From NCBI RefSeq assembly GCF_001194135.2, contig NC_068981.1, positions 96,377,365 to 96,441,364 of the forward strand: a stretch of DNA of 64,000 bases, in the 5' to 3' direction. This DNA is from Octopus bimaculoides (lineage: Eukaryota). Positions 25,855 to 37,224 of the stretch are shown here, in pieces. The notes under the pieces were generated by a model that did no database searches, had not been told where the DNA came from, and worked only from the letters and a program-made list of their open reading frames with translations. The translations under genes and the position numbers were made by a program. How positions within the stretch are numbered: the stretch's first letter is position 1; each line of letters opens with the position of its first letter.

Positions 25855-26420
25855 TCTCAAATGTCCAGGAGGTTCTCTTGAGATTGTAGATAGTCTCTGT
25901 TACCTAGGTACATCACTACATCTTTTCTCTTCTTCACATTTCTTCCTTCATGCACTATGCCTACCTCTCACTCCCTAATCCTGTCCTCACGGCCCTGTTT
26001 CTCTGTATCACTGCTAGCCCCCACGCCACTCTATGTACCCAAGTTTTCACCACTCACTAATCATGTTTCTTTGGCAATATCTTACCATTCATATTATGAC
26101 CTTTGAACTGCAAGGGTATGCCCTGGCACTTGCTACCATCTATATCTATTTCTACCTTTACTCAACCAGCTCATTTCTATTCAGGTCCCCATCCCTTGTG
26201 AGTATGCCTGGCACTTTGCCACTATCTCTATCCTGATCTTTCTCTCTCTCTCTCCTCCTGCACTTCCCTCAGGTTGGGTAACCATGTATCTCCTTTGGGT
26301 AACCATGTATCTCCTTTGGGTAACCATGTGTCTCCTCTTAAGCAAGACACCTGTTTCTGTCACTCTGTCTTACTATAGCCTTTCATCATCTAACACAAGA
26401 TTACCTCCTTCAATGCCCCC
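25855..26420 (+). mobile_element. Internally deleted RTE fragment with a 3 x 21-bp tandem repeat (26276-26336)
   Basis: KCPGGSLEIVDSLCYLG matches QCPGGILRGRDSFHYLG in the 37-39 kb RTE. ggtaaccatgtatctccttt also occurs once in that RTE's 3' UTR near 38797. Confidence 0.6.
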
Positions 26421-26997
26421 TCGTATTTCGGTAATTTCAACCAATCACTGACGTCTATTGAGGTGAAAACAATTACTGCTATGGAATATAAACAATATGT
26501 TCTAGCGGTGTAATGGGATCTTTTCCCTTGAATAAAATTAGTGCCGTTGTTTGTCAACAACAACTATCGGCGGTACTGTTATTTATAGCATCATACATCA
26601 AAAACTTTCAATTCAATAATACAACTCAAATAATACTATCACTGCACACATGACATGCATTATACAATTCCCACTTAATAAAATAACACAATCTATACAC
26701 TATATAATCAACAAGTAATAAAGGAATGTATACTTTATGGCAGTGATTAAATTTAGCTTTTGGGACCTAAAAACACACAGCACATGGCAAATATATCATC
26801 ATACTTAAGGATACACATTATTATATTATCTACAAAGAATATTGAAAAATAGCTTCAAAAACTTATCGTATTTTCCAATTTTCAGACCAAAATTTACAGC
26901 CAGAAAAAGTAAGTTGACTTATACACCAAGACAAGACTGGAGAATCTAAAAATAACATGTGAAATGCAGCAAGATTTGGAAAGATATTGACAATGTT

Positions 26998-27226
26998 TTG
27001 ACCCTATAGCATTTAAACCAGCCATATCTGACCAAAATATTCTACCTTGTTTTATGTTGAAACTGACCAGATCTGGCCTCCCACACCAACCCTACAATAT
27101 CATTCTAAAAATTGACAGTTACCTCATCAAAATCTCAAAGCTACAAAATAATGCATGATTAATTCAAAACAATGTGAATAAATAAGCATTACATTTGAAA
27201 GAGTAATTTGAATGCTAAAAGGTTAA
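26998..27226. mobile_element. piggyBac-like (TTAA-flanked) MITE
   Basis: ttga-ccctatagc...gctaaaagg-ttaa. A second copy is at 59438-59640 and a partial copy at about 45130-45230. Confidence 0.7.
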
Positions 27227-27289
27227 ATGCTTACATATTTACACTATATATTAAGTTCACTTATATGCTGGAAAATACAGTACACTCTC

Positions 27290-27540
27290 TCTCTTTTACT
27301 CTCTTTTACTTGTTTCAGTCATTTGACTGCGGCCATGCTGGAGCACCACCTTTAGTCGAGCAAACCAACCCCAGGACTTATTCTTTGGAAGCCTAGTACT
27401 TATTCTATCGGTCTCTTTTGCCGAACCGCTAAGTTACAGGGACGTAAACACACCACCATCGGTTGTCAAGCGATGTTGGGGGGACAGACACAGACACACA
27501 AACATATACACACACATACATACATATATATATATATATA
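27290..27540 (-). mobile_element. SINE family A 3' half (runs into gap)
   Basis: Matches 2713-2940. Confidence 0.85.
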
Positions 27541-28439
27541 NNNNNNNNNNNNNNNNNNNNNNNNNNNNNNNNNNNNNNNNNNNNNNNNNNNNNNNNNNNN
27601 NNNNNNNNNNNNNNNNNNNNNNNNNNNNNNNNNNNNNNNNNNNNNNNNNNNNNNNNNNNNNNNNNNNNNNNNNNNNNNNNNNNNNNNNNNNNNNNNNNNN
27701 NNNNNNNNNNNNNNNNNNNNNNNNNNNNNNNNNNNNNNNNNNNNNNNNNNNNNNNNNNNNNNNNNNNNNNNNNNNNNNNNNNNNNNNNNNNNNNNNNNNN
27801 NNNNNNNNNNNNNNNNNNNNNNNNNNNNNNNNNNNNNNNNNNNNNNNNNNNNNNNNNNNNNNNNNNNNNNNNNNNNNNNNNNNNNNNNNNNNNNNNNNNN
27901 NNNNNNNNNNNNNNNNNNNNNNNNNNNNNNNNNNNNNNNNNNNNNNNNNNNNNNNNNNNNNNNNNNNNNNNNNNNNNNNNNNNNNNNNNNNNNNNNNNNN
28001 NNNNNNNNNNNNNNNNNNNNNNNNNNNNNNNNNNNNNNNNNNNNNNNNNNNNNNNNNNNNNNNNNNNNNNNNNNNNNNNNNNNNNNNNNNNNNNNNNNNN
28101 NNNNNNNNNNNNNNNNNNNNNNNNNNNNNNNNNNNNNNNNNNNNNNNNNNNNNNNNNNNNNNNNNNNNNNNNNNNNNNNNNNNNNNNNNNNNNNNNNNNN
28201 NNNNNNNNNNNNNNNNNNNNNNNNNNNNNNNNNNNNNNNNNNNNNNNNNNNNNNNNNNNNNNNNNNNNNNNNNNNNNNNNNNNNNNNNNNNNNNNNNNNN
28301 NNNNNNNNNNNNNNNNNNNNNNNNNNNNNNNNNNNNNNNNNNNNNNGTTGTAATCCTTTGAAACATATGTAGGAATAAAGTATGCAATTATAACATGCGT
28401 TTTCTCCATTCTTTAAATTCTTATATATATATATATATA

Positions 28440-28610
28440 TATACATATATACAACGGGCTTCTTTCAGTTTCCGTCTACCAAATCTACTCACAAGGCTTC
28501 GGTCGGCCCGAGGCTATAGTAGAAGACACTTGCCCAAGGTGCCACGCAGTGGGAATGAATCTGGAACCATGTGGTTGGTAAGCAAGCTACTTACCACACA
28601 GCCACTCCTG
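28440..28610 (-). mobile_element. SINE family A 5' half
   Basis: Matches 3130-3295. Confidence 0.85.
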
Positions 28611-29309
28611 TGCCTATTCTTTTTGATGAGATGCATCAGATTTATATATTGCATAATGGCAGCAGAATGGCAGAATATACAACAAATTTTGAAGATTGCA
28701 ATATTTACTATAATTTGATCTTTATTTTGCACTGAAGCAGGGAAATAGAGAAATACATCAAGTTGAAGGGGTAAAGGATAGAAGAAAGGTTGAGAATCAG
28801 TGCTTTTACAGTATCACCACCAAATCTTATAGCACAACTAAAGCAAATATTAAGCACAATAATACAAATAGCCTTCATTAATACATGACACTATAATACC
28901 AACAACTCATATTACCAGTATTCTGCACAACAAACATGAAATGCTAAAATAACACGCGAAGTAACAAAATATCCCACAAGGCAAAACTGATGTAGTATAT
29001 AAATGCAATTCTACAACCCCAAAAGACAAAGATGCACACATCACAGAAACAGAGAGGTACACTTAGTGGTACAGTAGAGATTTTTATAAAACTGTTAAAA
29101 CATCATCATGACCATCGCTACCACCATCCTCCTTATCTTCAACCATCTTACAGAGGGTAATAGGTGCATTTTCTCATGATGAGTGCTCAGCAGACCAGGT
29201 TTAAAGGGACCTCTCAGCTCTATATTTTCTCTGTTCATTAGCCATCCATACATGTGTGTGTATGTATGTATGTATGTATGTATTGATGATGATGATGATG
29301 ATGATGATG

Positions 29310-31098
29310 TTCATGTCATAAGAATTGATCAATTTTTGAGAGAACAATGCAATACTTCTTTTTTGGAACTGGATCTTGAAGAAGATATAAAGTTATAAAT
29401 AAAGCATGTAAATATAGAATTGAAAAGGCCTTTAGATAGAAAAAGTCACCTTGACCCATCTTGATAATGATACGAGGGTTTTATAAGTCTCTTGGGATGA
29501 ATGAAGGGAAAGAGATTCAGCACAGGTCAGTGAAAGAGAAGATCAGGAAAGAGTATTATAGATGTGTCAGAATGGTCCTGAATACTGAGCTGAACTCCCA
29601 GAATAGAATTGCAGCTATAAACTCCTTGATGGTACCAGTTGTCCAATATAGCCTTAATGTCATCAATTGGAAGTTGAGTGAGCTCCAATATATAGACATA
29701 AAGACCAAGAAACAGTTGGCACTAAACAGGATGCATCACCCAAAATCAGACATCCATAGGCTCTATCTCCCATGAAAGAAAAGCAACAGAAGCCTAATCC
29801 AACTTGAAATGTCCAATAAAAAAACAACCACCCATGGGATTCCAAATGTACATCCAAAGTAATACCAACTGGACGATACAGCTGATAAGACAACATGAAC
29901 AAGGTAATTAACTGCACTCAATCTTGTGCGGGTGGCACACAAAATACACCATTTTGAGTGTAGCTGTTGCCAGTACCGCCTGACTGGCCTTCGTGCGGGT
30001 GACATGTAAAAGCACCCACTACACTCTCTGAGTGGTTGGTGTTAGGAAGGGCATCCAGCTGTAGAAACTCTGCCAAATCAGATTGGAGCCTGGTATAGCC
30101 ATCCGGTTTCACCAGTCCTCAGTCAAATCATCCAACCCATGCTAGCATGGAAAGCAGACGTTAAACGATGATGATGATGATGATGAATCTCAAAGGAGGC
30201 ATGTAAATACTGACGAGAGCTTAACCACCCTGATCAGGGTGATGATAACGAGGACACACCACTCACTAAGACAGCAAAAAAGTGTAAGACAAAAACCAAA
30301 CAAGAAAGCTTGAAGGAAATGTCAAAACTATGGCGAGAAAAACCATTGCATGGGCAATACCCCAAACAAGCAGGGGAAGCTAATGTAGTTGTAAAAAGAA
30401 CCCATCTATGGTTACAAGCCACTGGTTTGAAAGCCAAAACAGGATTTATCCTAGCAGCATGAGATCAAAGTTTCTTCACCTGGAACTATCAAGCTAATGT
30501 CTTGTACAATGAAGCAGACACCAAGTGTAGACTCTGTGATGACAAACTTGAGAGCATTGAATACATTGTTGCCAATTGCTCTGTCCTTTATCCTACAGGG
30601 TGATATCCTGTACCCTAAGAACTAGTATGAACACCACCCACAGCTAGTCACTGAAGGATACATACAAACAGGTAAATAAATGCTAAGCCAAATATCGTCA
30701 TCAAAGACCTAGGATAAAAAATATGCATTAATTGACATGAAAGTGCCTACTGATAGAAACAGCTCAGCAAAAGAATTTGAAAAACTATCAAAATACAAGG
30801 ACCTTGAGATTGAGATATCTAGGAAGTAGCACTTAAAAAAAACATCTCTGTTGTGGTAGGTGCCCTGGAAACGATCAAGAAAGGTATCAAATTTTTTTGA
30901 CTAGATCCCAGGAATACCAAAAATCTATAAGGTTAAAAAATTGTGCTGACATCAACTATTCACCTTCTCGGGAAGTTTCTCTCCATCTAATACATGCCTT
31001 AAGTCTCTGGTTGAGACTAAGCCGGAAGATGAAATAAAATGGAGATCAAATGAAAAAAAAAATTTCTTTATTAAAATAATAATAATAATAATAATAAT
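29310..31098 (+). mobile_element. R4/Dong-like non-LTR retrotransposon 3' part (RT thumb + RLE), interrupted by an RTE tail at ~29905-30185
   Basis: YKSLG...KEKIRKEYYRCVRMVLNTELNSQNRIAAINSLMVPVVQYS...HPKSDIHRLYLP; LHGQY; CRLC; KPNIVI...LIDMKVP...EKLSKYKDLEIEI...VVGALETI; then an (AAT)n tail. Confidence 0.85.
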
Positions 31099-31138
31099 AT
31101 TTTAAAAAAGGATTGATGTAACTCTTCACGGAGGTAAA

Positions 31139-31496
31139 TAGTCAAGACGAAGAGCGCGATTCGATTGTATAGATATTTTATTCATTGAACAATATTTCGA
31201 CAGCACGTCTGTCTTTCTCAAGTTCAAAACAAAAGGTGATTAAAAATTCAAAATTTCAGAAAACTAAACGTAAACTATTATATATTATAAACATATCAGA
31301 AAGGTCCTGAATACTGAGCTGAACTCCCAGAATAGATTCAGAAACTAAACGTAAACATAGTTTACGTTTAGATTTCTGAAATTTTGAATTTTTAATCACC
31401 TTTTGTTTTGAACTTGAGAAAGACAGACGTACTGTCGAAATATTGTTCAACAAATAAAACATCTATACAATCGAATCGCGCTCTTCGTCTTGACTA
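31139..31496. repeat. 139-bp inverted repeat (31139-31277 / 31358-31496, 5 mismatches) with an 80-bp spacer
   Basis: Direct reverse-complement alignment by eye. Confidence 0.95.
31408..31450 (+). ncRNA. Variant minimal type-I hammerhead-like motif (second copy at 31185-31227, minus strand)
   Basis: UUGAAC UUGAGAA-A GACAG(ACGUA)CUGUC GAAA UA U U GUUCAA. Stem I is 6 bp and stem II is 5 bp. U3-A8 replaces C3-G8, there is an extra A after A9, and stem III is the palindrome AUAU. Confidence 0.55.
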
Positions 31497-31519
31497 ATAA
31501 TAATAATAATAACAATAAT

Positions 31520-31980
31520 AATAATCCTTTCTCCTAAAGGCACAAGGCCTGAAATTTTGTGGGAGGGGACTGGTCAATTACATCAACCCCATTGTTTCAC
31601 TGGTACTTAATTTATCGACCCCGAAAGGATAAAAGGCAAAGTCGATCTCGGCAGAGTCTGAACTCAGAATGTAAATACCAACGAAATACCATTAAGCACC
31701 TTGTCCGATGTACTAATGATTCTGCCAGCTTGCCACCTTAATAATAATAATAATAGCAATAATAATAATAATCTTTTCTACTATAGGCATAAGGCCTGAA
31801 ATTTGGGGAAGGGAGATAGTTGATTACATTGACCCCAGTACTCAACTTATACTTATTTTATCGACATGGAATGGATGAAGGGCAAAGTTGACCTTGGCAG
31901 ATTTTGAACTCAGAATGTAAAGACAGATGAAATGCTGCTGAGTATTTTGCCTGGCTTGCTAACAGTTCAGCCAGCTCAAA
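31520..31980 (-). mobile_element. Two tandem SINE family C copies separated by (AAT)n (31520-31740, 31772-31980); a third truncated copy is at 33340-33415
   Basis: Mutually alignable. The minus-strand head has a gagttcaaa(a)t B-box-like motif, and the tail is (ATT)n. Confidence 0.8.
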
Positions 31981-31997
31981 AAAAAAAATAATAAATA

Positions 31998-32045
<48 letters not shown>

Positions 32046-32049
<4 letters not shown>

Positions 32050-32645
32050 GCCCGGATGCAATACCAGGCAGTGGTTCTCATGGCTTCTGATCTTAATTGA
32101 TTGGAAGTGTTATCATGTACATTGTTTTGTCTTGGTATAAAAGATGGGCTACAGCAAATATTCTGCTCAATACCACAGATTTGCTTGTCAGTTGTTTGAC
32201 CTTAACCAGTTTAACATGTACCTTAGTGGCTGATGATATGTGCATCTCTGATCATGAGCAGAAGTAGTGGGGGAGCATCATAGCCATGTGTTGAGAGGAA
32301 TTCTTTGGTGTTTGAATAATTCACCTTTGGAAACATGGGTGTTTTGCTCAACATCCTTAAACAAACCTTATTCAGGGACCTTTTGAGCGGGATGGGCTAC
32401 TCGACCTGAAGAAAATTCTAACTGAGCCCTACCTGCGAGGTCATGCACAGTTTATCTTGATATGAGATCACTATGTCGCGCACATATGGTTGTGATGCAT
32501 GTGCCTGGTGTACCCTTATCAGACGGGTAGTCATGATGGGNNNNNNNNNNTGTACCCTTATCAGACGGGTAGTCATGATGGGTATACTGGGCTTCATATA
32601 TTTTACCCCGGTGTCACTTTGATGGCATGCACTGCTCTCTTACTC
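32046..32645 (+). mobile_element. Non-coding ~600-bp interspersed element flanked by (AAT)n (SINE-like or retrotransposon 3' UTR)
   Basis: No ORF; embedded between AAT arrays. The family resembles an abundant octopus repeat from memory, unverified. Confidence 0.5.
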
Positions 32646-32676
32646 AAGAATAATAATAATAATAATAATAATAAAA

Positions 32677-33273
32677 GAGTACAAGCACAAACACGACAAG
32701 GTAGCCCAAAACCTCCACTGGCTACTATGCTGGAAGTATGGATATGAGGTTACAGTTGCTTGTTACCAACATACACCAGAAAAGGTAATGGATGAAAAGG
32801 GGAAGGCAAAAATCCTCTGGGACTTTGATTTCCAGACAGATAAGTTGTCAGAGCACTGAAAGCTGGATATAGTAACCTTTAAAAGGGACAAACAAGAGTG
32901 CCTAATAATTGACGTGGCAGCGCCAGGAGATCAACATTTCATCATGAAAGAAAGAGAAAAGATTGATAAATATGGAGACCTGAAAACTGAGATCGCTAAG
33001 ATGTGGCAGCTATGAGAGTCAAACATAAAGGTTATCCTTATTGTCACTGGAGTATTGAGTTCAATACCACCCAATCTGAAAAAACATCTAAAAACCTTAG
33101 AAAAACCCTACAATCTAGGTGTATTGCAAAAGTTGGCATTACTTGGAACTGCACACATATTGCGTAAAGTACTATCTGTTTGAGGTCCTTGTGACTTGAC
33201 AAGCAGTACAAATCCCCCGTTGACATAACATCTTCAATCAACAACCTCACGATATTGTATACTGTGCAACATC

Positions 33274-33323
<50 letters not shown>

Positions 33324-33340
33324 TAACAACAATAATAATC
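32677..33340 (+). mobile_element. R4/Dong-like 3' fragment (RLE domain + 3' UTR + (AAT)n tail)
   Basis: HDKVAQNLHW...HTPEKV...AKILWDFDFQTDK...LDIV...CLIIDVAAPGD...KEREKIDKYGDLKTEIAKMW...LQKLALLGTAHILRKVL*. Confidence 0.9.
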
Positions 33341-33414
33341 CTTTCTATGATAAGCACAAAGCCTGAAATTTTGGGTGGAGAGATTAGTTGATTACATCAA
33401 TCCCAGTACTTGAC

Positions 33415-35960
33415 AGATGAAACAGGAGTTATGAACAGGTGGACATCCAGTTCCTCATCAGCATCAAGAGGCACTTTACTGTCACCAAATTTCAGAACGT
33501 CACTTGGAAGTTAGCCAACATTTGGTCGCCGAGCAATTGAGCCCTCATGTTGATTGTCAGAATCAGTGACCTGACATGACGCCAGAGCGGAGACGACTTA
33601 AGGTATGCTTGAACCTCATCTGCTCGTATGCCTTTGGGGATAACAGGAAGAGTTTGCCTAAAGTCACCTGAATGCAAAAGTGTAACACCTCCCATGAGGG
33701 CTTTGCAACCCGATATCCTGAAGGGTTTTGTTTAATGCATCGAAGGCTCCCTTGTGGGCCATAGTACACTCAACCCACACAATAAGCTGACAGCATTACA
33801 GCACATGGCCCTGGTCAGAGTTCTTGCTTATATTGCAGGTAGGTGTTTCTGACTTAGTAAATTGAGGGGCAACTTAAAGGTGGAGTGTGCAGTTCTGTCG
33901 CTAAGCAGCAAAGTTGCAGCAATCCCTGAAGATGCAATCGCAACCGCAATGCTCTTTTGCATCCTGACCTTCACTAGGATGAGCTTCGTTAGAAAGGTTT
34001 TGCCTGTACCCCATGGAGCATCAACAAAAAACAAACCACCTTTCCTGTGGCGCACATGATCAGTCACAATAATATAAATATGCCGTTGATCCAGAAGAAG
34101 CTTTGGTTCAGTTTCTAGGACGAAATTGGCAAGGGCATCTGTATCGTAGGATGTCCCAAGCAAAAGAGCAGTAGGAAATAAATTTGACTCTGAACGCAGC
34201 GGTTTAGGCAGACCATATGAGGGCAAGTCATTCCCACCAGGTGATGCAACTGCATTTTCAATGTCGATCAAGGCTTGATTGTATACCTCATCACTTATAC
34301 TTTCTATCCCAGGAAAAAGCAACTTCGCCTGACGTATGAAGTCTTCCGATAAGTCGTCTTTAAATTTTGAGCCACAAAGACAAAGGGTTGTTCAGTTCAC
34401 AAATTTGCAGCATAACAGCAAATAGAACTCATAGACGCTTAGGTGTCTGGGATGCAACAGCTTCGAATAACATAGCTTCCCATTGCGCATTGTCTTCCAG
34501 CAAACCATGCTTGAGGCATGCTTCCATGTAAGTGCTGCAAACAGAGTTATCGACAGTCCTTAAGTCATCAAACGACTGGGGCCCACGTACTGCATGTAAC
34601 AGAAGGTGAAGATAAAAGCACTCGTGTTGGCTTGGATGCACCGTGTAAACTCTCCCATGACAGCTGTCAAACTTTACACCAGGTTGTCCATCAACTGGCT
34701 GGCCTGACTTTCTGCACACCCATTGTTGCTTAGTCCATGAGTAGTACGACGGGACCTGAGTATTTGCAAATGGGTCGTTCCAGCACAGAACGAAGAATGC
34801 AGTGAGAGTAGTTTGTCGAGGCTCTTCAACTGTTCTGGCAGCAGTCGCATCAGTAAAGTACACCCTTTGACTGTTCTCCAGGTGAACTGCAAGTTGCTTG
34901 ATGGGTGGGTGCCTTTGGTATATTGGAAAGCCAAAAATACATCAGAAGGCTTCATTGCTGTTAATATAATGGCCAACTTGGTATTGTAAGACCTTGTAAC
35001 GGCAGTTTTCCAGCTGGAGACCGAACATAGTGGCGTCTGAGCCCTTGTTGACATATTTGCAGATATACTTCATGGACTTGACAGAATGGCAAAACTCCAC
35101 GTTGATGTGGGCACCGAATGTCTTCGAAAGAAGCGGTGAATACGGTACAACCCATCTGTTGTCAACTTCACGTTGTCCAATTTTCATGGTAGGCACTGTC
35201 TGTACAGAGGATGTCCATCAATGCCAGTTTGTGTTTCTTTCAGAAATTTTTTTGGAAACTTCTTGCAGCAGATATTGTTGCTCAAGCAAGGGAAGCTTAA
35301 ATTGAATCTGTGCCCACATGGCCTGTGGATCATGGTCGCCTTGACTATTTCAAAGAGATGTCTATCAGTAGATGGGTTTGGAATCTTGGTAGAGATAATC
35401 TTGTCAATATTGTTGGGAGGTATTTTTACCGAGAGCCAGGTTAGAATGTGAGCGTGTGGTAGGCCTCGCTTTTGCCATTCAACAGTATACATATCACATC
35501 TAACGGGGCCAAATATTTGCCCTCCCTTAAGAAGCTCCATTAGTTTGATAAGCTTCAACCGGAAGACTCGTGCTAGGAGGTCATGATGGTCTTTCACATG
35601 CTGGCCTAGAAACAATTCATTGTGCTTCTGTAGTTCAGTTTCAGTCTTCCGGTCATCTGCGATGCCATGAAACTCTTTGGGTCAAACTGCAAATGTGTAC
35701 TGAGTTTGGTTGAAATTGGACGACTTTTTGAAAAAAATCGATAATTATCGATCAAGTTTTTACGAAAACCGAACATTGATCAAAGCAGTTGTTATGACTA
35801 AAACATGCCTCAGGACATACCTAATGCATATCTGAAATTTCAATCGAATCGGTCTGGTGGTCCAGTGGTTTGGCCCGGCTTCACCCGAAAGCACTTGTAC
35901 ACAGAAGCCATAAACAGTGCAACAATATAACTTTTTGAAAGGCAGCTTGGGCATTGATTT
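33415..35960 (-). mobile_element. Helitron Rep/PIF1-helicase remnant (frameshifted, 3'-truncated)
   Basis: Rep motif 2 YTVEWQKRGLPHAHIL and motif 3 region DNRWVVPYSP...KYICKYVNKG. PIF1 motifs FVDAPWGTGKTFL, ASSGIAATLL..RTAHSTFKLP, SGDFRQTLPV and LTINMR. Confidence 0.92.
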
Positions 35961-37034
35961 GATTCAAGAGGTTACCAAAGTTATTGCTTTAACAATGTCA
36001 CGCCCCAAACTGTCTTTTCTCAAGTGTAAGGCCTCATGTTTCCGCAGTTTCATGGTAATTTATTAAGAACTGTGCAACACCAGTTACTACTGCTAGTGAA
36101 ATGGATGAAGGAAGCAGTGCAGAGGCTGTTATTGCTTTAACTATCTCATGCTACACATAGAAATCGCTTTCATTTAATGCAATGGAAAGCCTCAGTGCCA
36201 GATATTTACTGTTATTGGCAGTGGCTATTTTGAGGTCATGTGGGGTCACAATGTGTGTGCACACCATGGTGGAGATTAATTGTTTATGTATTGGAGAAGG
36301 AATGGGGTCAGTGTTCTGAGAAAAACAAATCAGGAGCTACCTCAACAAAGGCATTTTGTTGAAATGTAAGTTTGTCAAATTGTGCTCAAACAAAGCACAA
36401 TTTAATTAAATGAGCCATGCCATAAGACGCGTTAGAAGAAAATGCATTCGTTTACTGAGTTTGGTTTAAATCGGCTCAATGGTTCTGGTGCTACAGCCTG
36501 CGTTAAAGACATTTTTTGAGTCGTTTTTNNNNNNNNNNNNNNNNNNNNNNNNNNNNNNNNNNNNNNNNNNNNNNNNNNNNNNNNNNNNNNNNNNNNNNNN
36601 NNNNNNNNNNNNNNNNNNNNNNNNNNNNNNNNNNNNNNNNNNNNNNNNNNNNNNNNNNNNNNNNNNNNNNNNNNNNNNNNNNNNNNNNNNNNNNNNNNNN
36701 NNNNNNNNNNNNNNNNNNNNNNNNNNNNNNNNNNNNNNNNNNNNNNNNNNNNNNNNNNNNNNNNNNNNNNNNNNNNNNNNNNNNNNNNNNNNNNNNNNNN
36801 NNNNNNNNNNNNNNNNNNNNNNNNNNNNNNNNNNNNNNNNNNNNNNNNNNNNNNNNNNNNNNNNNNNNNNNNNNNNNNNNNNNNNNNNNNNNNNNNNNNN
36901 NNNNNNNNNNNNNNNNNNNNNNNNNNNNNNNNNNNNNNNNNNNNNNNNNNNNNNNNNNNNNNNNNNNNNNNNNNNNNNNNNNNNNNNNNNNNNNNNNNNN
37001 NNNNNNNNNNNNNNNNNNNNNNNNNNNNNNNNNN

Positions 37035-37075
<41 letters not shown>

Positions 37076-37224
37076 TAAATCAAAGGCAAAACAGAAAGAA
37101 TACAACAAACGGAAACCAACAAAACACAACATGCGAAATAGACAATAGCACAAAAAATGGCAAACGGGACAAAAACAAGATACACACATATATATATAAA
37201 CCTCTGTACTTAGCATTTATCAGA

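Noticed and set aside
26276-26336. Three 21-bp direct repeats, superficially array-like
   Set aside because: There are no spacers. It is a slippage expansion of a motif in an RTE 3' UTR, not CRISPR.
10435-37216. Long 200-336 aa ORFs in the supplied track
   Set aside because: They consist of X residues spanning N gaps flanked by (TA)n and are not real coding sequence.
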